DNA of 63,771 nucleotides, filler included, from Octopus bimaculoides (taxonomy: Eukaryota): assembly GCF_001194135.2 (NCBI RefSeq). It is 5 parts of 5 records of this genome, joined end to end, with 100 filler letters (N's around TTAATTAATTAA, not from the genome) between each part and the next. Parts side by side here need not be neighbours in the genome. Positions count along the whole stretch, not along the records: positions 1 to 14,345 come from NC_068988.1; 4 more parts are not named here. One strand, given 5' to 3'. The position numbers and the translations under genes are program-made. The notes beneath the pieces are model-generated. The model made no database searches and was not told the DNA's origin. It saw only the letters and a list, made by a program, of their open reading frames with translations. The number at the start of each line of letters is the position of its first letter. Position 1 is the first letter of the stretch. Positions 1 through 10,693 of this stretch are shown in pieces.

Positions 1-669
1 ATCGGAATTGGGGATTTTTCTAAGTATGGCTCTCAGCTGGGTATAAAACATTGTTTTATCTTCATCACAGCTAGTCAAAGTAGGTGCATAGGCACTTATT
101 AGAGTAGCAAACCGCTTACCTTTCAAGTGCAACCGTAGCGTCATTATACGTTCATTTATAGGAACAGAGAGCTCTTCCAACTTCTTAAGGATATCAGATC
201 GGACTGCAAAACCAACACCAGCCTCTCTGCGCACCTCCTTCTGCCTTCCTTTCCAAAAAAAGGTGTATCCACCTCCTACTTCCTCAAGCTGACCATCACC
301 TTCTATACGAGTCTCTGAGAGTGCAGCTATATCAATTTTATAACGGTTCAGCTCACAAGCAATAAGTGCAGTGCGTCTTTCAGTTTTATAATCACTCTTG
401 TTGTCCAACAGAGTGCGCACATTCCAACATGAAATGTTTAAGTTCCGTCTAGATTTTATAAATAAAAGACTCTTTGTTTTTCGAGCGCAGGATGGACATC
501 CGTCAGTCGTGCTAAACTGACCAGATATGGAAAGACAGGCAATTTTTGGTTCTCCTTTTCTAGAACCTCCCCGGTCTCCGGGTGAGCAGTGCCCCCTCCA
601 AATGGAGCTGCTCAGACACTCATGCAGCAACCAAATCCTACCGCTGTCTTGGGCGACAAGGAGATGACT
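1..669 (-). CDS. Open frame encoding the LINE apurinic-like endonuclease (APE) domain, partial
   Basis: Hand-translated: no stop from 669 to 1 (upstream TGA at 670-672). The WNVRTL motif is at 426-409. Absent from the ORF track because no stop lies inside the window. Confidence 0.9.
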
Positions 670-789
670 TCATATCTAGCATGGGCCGCCTACGTGCAGG
701 TCGCTGACTACATGCTTCCAACCAGTCAGGTCTGCATGCTTCACCACCTTCCCATCGCCGCAGGACTTCTGAATAAAAAAAATATATAT

Positions 790-885
790 ATATATAAAAA
801 TAAAAATATATACTAAAAATGAAGAAAATATATACTAAAAATAAGATAAATATATACTAAAAATAAGATAAATATATATCGGAAA
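790..885. repeat. Tandem repeat of about 22 bp (TATATACTAAAAATAAGATAAA) inside the LINE leader
   Basis: About 3-4 copies read directly. Confidence 0.8.
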
Positions 886-1530
886 AAGAACCCGCACATT
901 TCGAGCAGAGGTCGGCAATACCTGTGTTGAGTTTTAGGTCCAATGAGGCTTGCACAACACCTCATAGACCCTCTCCACTTTATTGACATTATCCAGAGAC
1001 AAGCCGGAGCAAGATGTCTGGTGCCAATATAAGTCGCAGGCTCAGGGATGTGGGAGCGCCGTGATCTAGCACAAACCAAAGATCCCAAAATGTCCAATGC
1101 CATTCCCTGCATATTTGGTTTTACATCAGAGTGATCTTCTAGAGACATGCTTCAACAAAAGCTGAGGGCTGCCTCACTCCCAGTGGTCTTTCAGGACGCC
1201 AGACACCATCCCGGAATTTCTGCGTACCCGTGCTATTGCTAGACAGCCGTTGAGCCTGCACTAGGTCCATCCGAGCTTTCAACAGGTCTTGTTTTTAATC
1301 CTGCTGGGTAGCCTGGTGGGGGTACCAGTTTAGTCGCCGGCAATCCGACCATGCAACAGGTTGTACTTGACTACATGTTACCAGTAGCACTTATGAGAGC
1401 CTCATACGTGACCTGACACACACATATATATATATATAGTTAAAAAAAAGACAAAAAACAATAACAAAAAACAACGTGAGGACGTGATAGGGATAGTGTT
1501 ATTAGATGCTCGAGAAAGGAAAGAGAGAGA

Positions 1531-1565
1531 TTATGACGTTTTGGGCAGAGCCCTTCGTCAGAAAC
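1531..1565 (-). ncRNA. Minimal hammerhead-like motif (G12A) in a Penelope-type terminal repeat
   Basis: Minus strand: ttt CTGACGA A GGGC tct GCCC AAAA CG TC ata. The surrounding 1440-1600 is homologous to 35380-35540. Confidence 0.6.
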
Positions 1566-2219
1566 AAGGAGAGTTCAAAGAATGGAAAAACGGAGGAAGA
1601 AAAAATCGGCACCGATGCCCACGAGGTTACATTGTGGAAGGGANNNNNNNNNNNNNNNNNNNNNNNNNNNNNNNNNNNNNNNNNNNNNNNNNNNNNNNNN
1701 NNNNNNNNNNNNNNNNNNNNNNNNNNNNNNNNNNNNNNNNNNNNNNNNNNNNNNNNNNNNNNNNNNNNNNNNNNNNNNNNNNNNNNNNNNNNNNNNNNNN
1801 NNNNNNNNNNNNNNNNNNNNNNNNNNNNNNNNNNNNNNNNNNNNNNNNNNNNNNNNNNNNNNNNNNNNNNNNNNNNNNNNNNNNNNNNNNNNNNNNNNNN
1901 NNNNNNNNNNNNNNNNNNNNNNNNNNNNNNNNNNNNNNNNNNNNNNNNNNNNNNNNNNNNNNNNNNNNNNNNNNNNNNNNNNNNNNNNNNNNNNNNNNNN
2001 NNNNNNNNNNNNNNNNNNNNNNNNNNNNNNNNNNNNNNNNNNNNNNNNNNNNNNNNNNNNNNNNNNNNNNNNNNNNNNNNNNNNNNNNNNNNNNNNNNNN
2101 NNNNNNNNNNNNNNNNNNNNNNNNNNNNNNNNNNNNNNNNNNNNNNNNNNNNNNNNNNNNNNNNNNNNNNNNNNNNNNNNNNNNNNNNNNNNNNNNNNNN
2201 NNNNNNNNNNNNNNNNNNN

Positions 2220-2612
2220 CTTGTTCCAGTCATTTGACTACAGCCATGCTCGAGCACCACCTTTAGTCGAGCAAATCGACCCCAGGACTTATTCTTTGTA
2301 AGCTTAGTACTTATTCTATTGGTCTCTTTTGCTGAACCACTAAGTTACGGGGACGTAAGCACATCAACATCGGTTATCAAGCGATGGTGGGGGGGACAAA
2401 CACAGACACAAACATTACGCACACACATACATATATATTTATATATATACGATGGGCTTCTTTCAGATTCCGCCTACCAAATCCACTCACATGGCGTTGG
2501 CCCAAGGCTACAGTAGAAGATACTTTCCCAACGTGCCATGCAGTGGGACTGAACCCACAACCATGTTGTTAAGTAAGCTACTTACCACGCAGCCATGCCT
2601 GTGCCTGCGCAT
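2220..2612 (-). mobile_element. tRNA-headed SINE, family A (Octopus-type)
   Basis: Reverse complement of the full copy at 63113-63452; head and tail separated by a (TA)/(CA) microsatellite. Confidence 0.85.
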
Positions 2613-2684
2613 ATATGTATATATATATATATATGTGTATGTGTGTGTGTGTGTGTGTGTGTGCGTATGGGCATGGGCATGGAC

Positions 2685-2945
2685 ATGGTTGTGTGGTAAG
2701 AAGTTTGTCTTTTACTATTGCCTCGTGCTGACCAAAGCCTTGTGGGTGTATTTGGTAGATGAAAACTGAAAGAAGCCCGTCGTATATATGTGTATTTATA
2801 TATATATATGTATGTGTGTTTGTGTTTGTCTCTTACACTGCCTTACAACTAGTGTCGGTGTGTTTACTAGTGTCGGACTTCTTTCAATTTAGTGAAAAGA
2901 GGATGATGGAATAAGTTCCAGGCCTTAAAAAATGTAAGTACTGGG
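2685..2945 (+). mobile_element. SINE family A, degenerate
   Basis: gaccaaagccttgtg...gaaactgaaagaagcccgtcg followed by the family tail. Confidence 0.75.
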
Positions 2946-3014
2946 GTCGACTAAAACTTCTTCAAGGAAGTGCCCCAGTATGACGACAGTTTAATGACTG
3001 AAACAAATAAAAAA

Positions 3015-3165
3015 TATATATTGTTGTTAGGAAGGGCATCCAGCTGTAAAAATTCGGCCAAAATAGTCACAGAAATCTGGTGCAAGCTTTGGCCTGGCCA
3101 GCTCTTGTGGTATGGAACACAGATGTTAAATGATGACGATGATGATGATGATGATGATGATGCAC
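3015..3165 (+). mobile_element. Interspersed repeat family C (ttaggaagggcatccagctgt...) ending in (GAT)n
   Basis: Homologous to 19140-19440, 24740-24900 and 31660-31940. Confidence 0.75.
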
Positions 3166-3418
3166 ACACACATATACATATATGAATATACACATAGCTT
3201 GTTGTCTGCAGCAAAAGTCTAGTTGAAGAAAATGGAGATTAGTCTTGCATCATTTTACAGATATAATCGCCATCACTACAAATAAATAGTGATTTATTAT
3301 TTATTATAAGATCATTAATTGCATGGTTAATCGAACCCTGTAGACTAATGGATCCGATTTTCATGTTGCAATTAAATTTAAATGAATACCAGCTAAATGC
3401 AATGTGTTCTGTTCAATA

Positions 3419-3456
<38 letters not shown>

Positions 3457-3699
3457 CACACACACCTTGCTTCTGTCTAGAGTATCTCTATGTGACCTCA
3501 TATTTGCAAATGATTATACTATTACATCAGTCATTGAGAATGGCTCTTTTATATACCATCTGATTGACTATACAAGTAAATCTGCAAGCCCTACTTCACC
3601 AACAAATTTCGATATTTTTGCATCTATCCCTTATATTGTCTTCTTTATGTTCATATCTTGATTTCCTAGTTAACCATATAGCATGTGTCAATTTTAATA

Positions 3700-4440
3700 G
3701 CTGCTCTGTCCATTGGGTCTACTTATTTTAATCTCTCTCTCTCTCACTCTTTCTCTATCTCTCTCTTCCATGATCTCTCCTCTTTCAGCAACCTGTTATA
3801 AATGTATTTCCATGACTTTGCAGATCTTTCCAACTCGTCGATTTATACTGAGCCACTACTTTAATGTCTGGATCACTTTAAACCTCTGATCCTTACCTTG
3901 CAAATCATCGTCAAACTTGTGAATTTCTGCTTCTCTCCATAATAATTATACCTTATACATATCTTCTCTTTTAGTTTCTTGGTATGTGTTTCTTGTCTCT
4001 TCCTTGCATTCCTTCCAGGCCAGTCTGTTAGCTTTCATGGTTCTATATACCACAACATTTCACCGCCATGGTATCATCTATCTGGCTGGAATCTTACTCC
4101 ATTTATAGGACTAGTCTTTGACCACCAACAGGCTATCTAGTAGAAATTCTCAGTTGACCTCCAGGCTAGTGGTCTCCATCTTTGTCTTTCTCTCAGCATA
4201 ATTGCCTCCTATTTAGACAAGAGGAAAGTGATGAAATCATTCTTCTCAAACTTGTTCAGTGTCTAAGTAAATTTCTCTTAATGAAGTTATGTCAGACAGT
4301 CATTGTGTGGCAGGTGGGTCTGGCCATCATTGGAGTCTGTTGTGAATGTCAACCACCTACTTCCCTCTATCACTTTTGGCAGGTAGAATTGGCAACCAGG
4401 GATGGTGATGTGGAATATAAATGCTCTACCATAACTATTC
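3700..4440 (-). pseudogene. Decayed RTE LINE fragment (APE-RT linker region)
   Basis: Broken minus-strand reading resembles RTE linker motifs (WW...AW..W, H...LL.EE), with many stops and frameshifts. Confidence 0.55.
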
Positions 4441-4749
4441 CTAACTTCCTCCTCCTCCTCCTGCATTATACACCACCACCACCACCAATTTTGCACAAAC
4501 ATATATCAGCTAGATGTAAATATTCAATACTGATATAAATATTCAATGATGATCAAGTTTTGCAGTAAATGATACTGGGTAGCTTTAGAATAAGGACCAG
4601 GTATTTAGCAGCAGGTAACGCATACTATTCTCCATCACACAATGACAATAGTGAGTTAATTATCAATGCAACAATAATAAAATGACAGTGATGATGTTGT
4701 TTAGAAGTGACATGAAGAGCTAGTGAATTACTCCAATTTAGCTGTTGAA

Positions 4750-4805
4750 TGGTGATGATAATGATGGTGGTGGTGGTGGTGGTGATGATGCTGAAGAAGA
4801 AGAAG

Positions 4806-4874
<69 letters not shown>

Positions 4875-4907
4875 TATTAGTAGTAGTAGTAGCAGCAGCA
4901 GCAGCAA

Positions 4908-4949
<42 letters not shown>

Positions 4950-4950
4950 A
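4750..4950. repeat. Compound trinucleotide microsatellite (GGT)(GAA)(GTA)(GCA)(GTA)
   Basis: Read directly. Confidence 0.95.
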
Positions 4951-5498
4951 ACAACTTTTCCATATCATTTTCTAAGATTTCATGTGGAGGATCCTGTATG
5001 AGAAGCAGAGGGATATCTGTCAGAAGCTATGTGTGGAGGCAGCTTTGGTTTGTTATTGTATTTCCAAATATATTCTTATCAGAATGACTATAGAATATCT
5101 TGATACTAATGTGGTGTAGTGTCGCAGAAGATACACCTCACAGATGATATTTCTCATCTACACCACAGTGTGTGCATACTTGACCCTCATGATGGGGAGG
5201 GTCCTGTGAGCATTAAAAACAATAGTTAAGCAAGCTAAGATGGTTTTAAACTTGTCCAATGTCTTTGCGAAGAAGGAAGAATTGTATGAATACAACTCTA
5301 TTGTGTCTTCTCATTACAGCTTTTTATGTTCTCAGTCTATGTCCAAGTCCTGCCAAAATCAACAAAGTTTGGGGGGCGATAATATGAAATAAAACTCAAG
5401 TAATAGGTTTTTCAGTGTTTACTAACCGTTCCACAAAATCACTGGTCTTGTGTGTATACTAGAAACCATTATTACAGAAAGAAATGCAAACATTTCTG

Positions 5499-5540
<42 letters not shown>

Positions 5541-5541
<1 letters not shown>

Positions 5542-6300
5542 TAGCAGTATAACCCGACCTTGTCCGGGTGTGACTTATTATGCCATCTACGATAAGTCTT
5601 GCTAGCTGAAAATCAACTAAAAAAGAAAGCCTTACAACGAAAAAACCCTTATGATGTAAATATGTTCATAATTCAAAAGACGATGAAATTAATAGGGAAA
5701 GTCTAAGGCTGTTTTGCGTAACGTTATTAAGCGTACGTAAATTTCCTCCGTCTAATTGGCTATAGAAATACTTGTGCAAAACAACTTTTTGCGCTGCCCT
5801 GATTATACATAGCAGGGTAATCCCTTTTTGCAGGAGCTAGGATGGCAATTTGTGATGAAGCAATTGCTGGCGATCTGTTGGTACACAGTTTTGCCAGAAT
5901 TCTATCAGATCGGGCAGAAGATGTTGATGCACCATTTTGCATTATGTTCAAAGTAGCTTCTGGAATGTGGTGAATTGCTGCAGTCTGTTGCTGTCATTTT
6001 AAACCGGTTGCTTTCTTTCCCCAGCAAACTCTCTTCTTGGGACGCATAGTCTATGTATATATTACACAGAACAACAAAAGTTATAATAGATGGCAGGGTC
6101 GGTACTTTTCGCATATCTGTAATTTTTCAGATTAACACCCGCACGATTACCCAACCCTAATCCTAACACTAACCCTAACATTAGCCCTAAACCCTAACCC
6201 TAACCCCTAACCTGACCCTAAAACCGTAACACTAATCCTAACCGTAACCGTAACCCTAAACCCTAACCCTGACCCTAAAACCCTAACCCTAACACCCTAG
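5541..6300 (-). mobile_element. Helitron-like non-autonomous element (putative 3' end at 5541)
   Basis: Minus strand ends ACCCGGACAAGGTCGGGT (hairpin)-TATACTG-CTAG then T, matching the Helitron 3' signature of a subterminal hairpin plus CTRR. Weak PIF1-like peptide (AILAP) inside. Confidence 0.45.
6151..6297. repeat. Degenerate telomere-like (TAACCC)n array
   Basis: About 20 imperfect CCCTAA/CCGTAA units. Confidence 0.85.
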
Positions 6301-6840
6301 TGAAAATCGTGGTATATTTACAAAACATTGACGAACATGAGTTATATTTTACTGAATGATTGTGTACTTGCACGTGTATGCGTTTGACAGAGCTAGAGAG
6401 GAAGAGGTAGAGAGAGGGGGAGAAAGGAATAGAGGTAGTTAAAANNNNNNNNNNNNNNNNNNNNNNNNNNNNNNNNNNNNNNNNNNNNNNNNNNNNNNNN
6501 NNNNNNNNNNNNNNNNNNNNNNNNNNNNNNNNNNNNNNNNNNNNGACACGCAAACACACACACATATATATATATACATATATACGACGGGCTTATACAA
6601 TAATATCTATAATAAGAACAAACTTTGGCTAATCATTCCATACGGCGTTCAAATTAAAACTAACATTATTAAAGAAATTTTAAAAGTTATTGATACATTC
6701 CTTAGAGATAATAAAAAATATTATAATATCTTATAATATAATAGTATAATATTATGATTATAATATTAAAATATTATAATATATATTAGTATTATAATAT
6801 AATACTAATAATTTTTGTGTAGGTTATTCTACTACTAATA

Positions 6841-7377
6841 ATGTCTTCTTTTAATAGATTTAAGTTAAATAAGTATTATAGATATAAATTTAATACTTAT
6901 TCTCGTAATAATGTGGGCCAGGATATAATTAATTGTACATGTAGAGATAAGACTAAATGTAAATTTAATAATAAATGCAATTTGAATGATGTCGTGTATA
7001 AATGCCTAGTGACTTTAATGGACGGGAATAAACATAATGGTTATAATTTAAATAAGATTTATATAGGATCGACTTCTAATAAAATTAAATTACGAGTGGC
7101 TCAACATATGCACTCATTTAAGAATAGAAATTTGGTTAATTCTACTGGCCTTAGTAAATATATTTGGGAAGTTAAATCTAAAAATATTAACTACATTTTA
7201 CAAAGGGAGATAGTTTGTAAGGTGAAATCCTATCGTATGGCTAATAATTTTTGTAAGTTATGTACTAATGAATTTAAGGAGATATTATTTAATAATTATA
7301 ATACTTTAATTAAATCTTTTGATGAACGAAAAATTAAATGCAGACATAAGTTACTTTATTTATATAAGTTTAGCTAA
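6841..7377 (+). CDS. Penelope-type GIY-YIG endonuclease domain (178 aa)
   Basis: CTC...C.....C....VVYKC, KIYIGST....K.R...H..SF, TGLSKYIW, CKLC..E, CRH motifs. Confidence 0.85.
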   Translation: MSSFNRFKLNKYYRYKFNTYSRNNVGQDIINCTCRDKTKCKFNNKCNLNDVVYKCLVTLMDGNKHNGYNLNKIYIGSTSNKIKLRVAQHMHSFKNRNLVNSTGLSKYIWEVKSKNINYILQREIVCKVKSYRMANNFCKLCTNEFKEILFNNYNTLIKSFDERKIKCRHKLLYLYKFS

Positions 7378-7483
7378 CGGTGTTTATATATATTTATATA
7401 TATACATATTTGTGTGTATGTATATATATATATGCGTATGTATGTATGTGTATGTGTATGTATATGTGTATGTATATGTATAT

Positions 7484-7663
7484 GTTAGGATCCACAATGA
7501 GCAGAACTTACTTGCAGGTATTGGTAGTGCAAATCAGAGGTGCAATCTGTGTGGGTGTTTTTTCAAAACACTGTCTGGTTTAAAAAGCCACATCAGACGC
7601 CATGAAAGGGCTAAGGTGTAGGTGCAGGAGGTGGTCAAACTCTGTTTAAGGAGTAGACAACCA

Positions 7664-7665
<2 letters not shown>
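7484..7665 (+). mobile_element. 3' end of an RTE LINE (C2H2 finger, stop, 3' stem-loop, (TA)n)
   Basis: [21 protein letters not shown] then TAG at 7619-7621; GGTGGT (7630-7635) pairs with ACCACC (7660-7665). Confidence 0.75.
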
Positions 7666-7745
<80 letters not shown>

Positions 7746-9406
7746 GTATGTATGTATATGTGTATATGTGTGGGTGGGTGTGTTTTAGTCCGTATGCGTT
7801 AGTATGTATATGTATATGTATATATATATATGTGTGTGTGTGTGTATATATATATATATGTATATATATATATGTGTGTGTGTGAGTGTGTTTGTATATA
7901 CTATCCCTTTTTTACTAAATGTAGTAGTTATAATTTATATTTATTAATTGTGTATTTATTGGTACATTAATATTTTAGTGAGTTTAAGGATTTAATATTA
8001 TAATGACACTACGATTTTTATAAAATTAATAATATAAATATCTTAATTTATTAACAATAGTATTTGAGCCTATTTCATATATATTATTTAAGTTATGTTG
8101 TCTTATTATTTAGTATCTATTATTACTTAGACTTTAACGTTCATTCAGATGTTTACAATATAGCTAATTGTTTTATCATAATGTAAGTTATATAAAGTTT
8201 AATTCTTTCATTCATGATTTTATAAATAAAACTTTCATTCATGTTTTTATATCTCTTTATTCTATTCTTTTTCTTTGCGCAATATCTTCACACGACTTCT
8301 TTCTAATAAACGTTTAAGTTCAATGTCTAAATTTTTTAGTTTAAACTATAGCATCGTTGAGATAAGTATTGATTCTTACTTTATTAATATTGTTAAATGA
8401 TTTTTTTATCATTGTCTGAAAATATGTATTTTTTCTTATATTAATTCAATTGATATTTAAAGTTAGCCGATACCTTATTTATAGTATCAAGTTTATCATC
8501 GTAGTTCATACTAAAACCTTGATTAGATTAGGGTTGAATTGTTTCCAATAATACTGTTTAATATTTCTTTTTTGATTTACGTGATAAATAAGTAGTTTTT
8601 AAAACTTATTTAACTATTAGTTTATATTCTAATTAAGGTAAGTCAATAGTACAACATTTATAACTTTATTTAAACTAGAGATTCGATTAGATAAATTTTG
8701 TATTTCTTTTCAATAATTTTGTTAAATGTTTTTTCCTTTATTTAATGGTGATATAATTGCTTTTATATATTAATTTATATAAATTAATTTTTGTTAGTTT
8801 ATATTTTACGTTCATAATTTTATTTAACCTAAAACTTCGTTTAAATTGTATTTTAAATGAAAGATTCGTTAAGATAAGATTTGCATATAATATTTCTGTT
8901 AGTATATATTGTTTCTTAATATTATTCTTTTGAGTCTATAATTACTTAGATTTTTACGTTCAATTAAATGTTTACAATATAGCTAATTGTTTTATTATGA
9001 TTTAAGTTATATAAAGTTTAATCTTTCATTCATAATAAAACTTTCATTTATGTTTTTATATCTCTTTATTCTATACTTTTTCTCAATATAATATCTTCAT
9101 GAGACTTCTCTCTAATAAACATTTTAATTCTGAGTTTCACATCAAATAATTTTTAGTTTAAACTATAGGATCGTTGTGATAAGTATTACTTCTATCTTTA
9201 TTAATTTAACCTGATTAGTTTTGCATATAATATTTCTGTTAGCTTATATTATAATAAACGTAAAGTTAATTATGACATGTTTATTATTTTTGATATTTTT
9301 AATAATATTTTTCTATCTTAATATAATATGTATTTTTATATACATTCATTTGTTATTTATTGTTGGTTGATATATACATTCTTTTATTATTATAGTTGTT
9401 GTATTT

Positions 9407-9518
9407 TGACCTGAAGATTAACTATATCTTTGAATAGAATTGATTTTCGATCGTTTTAATCAATTTGAATATTTTTTATTTTCTATTTACAAATTTGGTT
9501 ATGAAACACGTGTAGTCG
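9407..9518 (+). ncRNA. Type I hammerhead ribozyme with extended stem II
   Basis: tgac CTGAAGA [85 nt nested hairpin] GAAA CACGTG TA gtcg. Palindromic stem III; U-U mismatch at 10.1/11.1. Confidence 0.7.
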
Positions 9519-9755
9519 TTTTATTATCTTTATCTTATGATATTTACTTTTTATTATATTATACTTATTTATCGTGCTTTTACTTATCAATTTTTCTATA
9601 TGTGACTGGATTTTCATGGACAAGATCATGAACTTTGGTTCTTTTCTCTAAAAGTATATATTTATAAATTTTATACTGTGAAACTTAATTTAATTTTAAT
9701 TTTTAATAAATTGAATTTAATTGAGTTTTTACCTGTAAATTTGGATTTTTATCCC

Positions 9756-9820
<65 letters not shown>

Positions 9821-9823
<3 letters not shown>

Positions 9824-9907
9824 ATCAAATGAATAATAACAGATGATGGATAAATTGTCAGCTCGAGCTGACAATTATCCATCGTCTATTATTATTCATT
9901 TGATTAT
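9821..9907. repeat. 87-bp loopless near-perfect palindrome
   Basis: ATAATCAAATGAATAATAACAGATGATGGATAAATTGTCAGCTC|GAGCTGACAATTATCCATCGTCTATTATTATTCATTTGATTAT; 2 substitutions and 1 indel. Confidence 0.95.
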
Positions 9908-10262
9908 GATACACTAAGATGATTTATGACTTGTCAGATACCCAAGAGTATACCAACAATGAACAATTCAATGTAACGCATGCTTTGGACCAGCCCAGTA
10001 GATGCTAAATACTCATTGGGTTGGTTTTTTTTTCTGTGTACTCAACTGAATATCCTATTTGATATTTACCAACCATAGGCCAGAACCACAGGTTTATCCA
10101 ACCCTACCTGGTGCATATCTTTTCAAGTGCTCGATTCTATCTGAATCTTAATAAAAAGTTAATATAGACACCGGTCTGCAATGTTACCAAAAAGAAGAAC
10201 TATAATTGTCACTAAGTATGACAAGGGTGTCAGAATACCCACATTGCTAGAAATAACATACA

Positions 10263-10466
10263 TTTGTTTCAGTCATTAGACTGCAGCCATGCTGGAGCAT
10301 TGCCTTGAAGAATTTTTAGCTGAATGAATTAATCCCAGTACTTATTTTATTATTTTTTTTTCAATGTCTGGAACTTATTCTGTTAGTCTCTTTTGCTGAA
10401 CTGCAATGTTACAGGGATGTAAACACATCAACATCAGTTGTCAAGTGGTGGTAAGGGACGAATACA

Positions 10467-10565
<99 letters not shown>

Positions 10566-10680
10566 CAGGCTTCTTTCAGTTTCTGTCTACTAAATCCACT
10601 AACAGGGCTTTGGTCGGCCCAAGTCTATTGCAGAAGACACTTACCAAAGGTGTCATGCAGTGGGACTGAATCTGGAACAT
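10263..10680 (-). mobile_element. SINE family A with internal (CA)n
   Basis: Homologous to 2220-2612. Confidence 0.8.
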
Positions 10681-10693
10681 ACATATACATATA

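Larger units (their letters stand above)
1..1415 (-). mobile_element. RTE-clade LINE, 5' part (5' leader plus endonuclease); continues off the window edge
   Basis: Minus-strand translation gives NISCWNVRTLLD...IDIAALSETR...YTFFWKG...GVGFAV...ERIMTLRL...TLISAYAPT, typical RTE APE endonuclease motifs. A GC-richer leader runs to about 1415, where (CA)/(TA) repeats begin. Confidence 0.9.
6598..9755 (+). mobile_element. 5'-truncated, very AT-rich Penelope-like element (linker + GIY-YIG + long AT-rich 3' region + hammerhead-bearing terminal repeat)
   Basis: 6608-6735 translates KNKLWLIIPYGVQIKTNIIKEILKVIDTF (Penelope post-RT linker). A GIY-YIG ORF follows, hammerhead at 9407-9518, tail homologous to 14446-14710, then (ATT)n. 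That the whole span is one element is inferred. Confidence 0.65.

Noticed and set aside
1484-1643. Peptide RALRQKQGEFKEWKNGGRK resembling the RTE linker
   Set aside because: The DNA is the antisense of a Penelope-type terminal repeat (homologous to 35380-35540); similarity judged coincidental.
6151-6297. True telomere or fusion scar
   Set aside because: Short, degenerate, single orientation and embedded in a repeat element.
7319-7621. C2H2 zinc finger as a possible member of the cephalopod C2H2 gene expansion
   Set aside because: Single terminal finger followed by stop, stem-loop and (TA)n; matches the 3' end of an RTE LINE.
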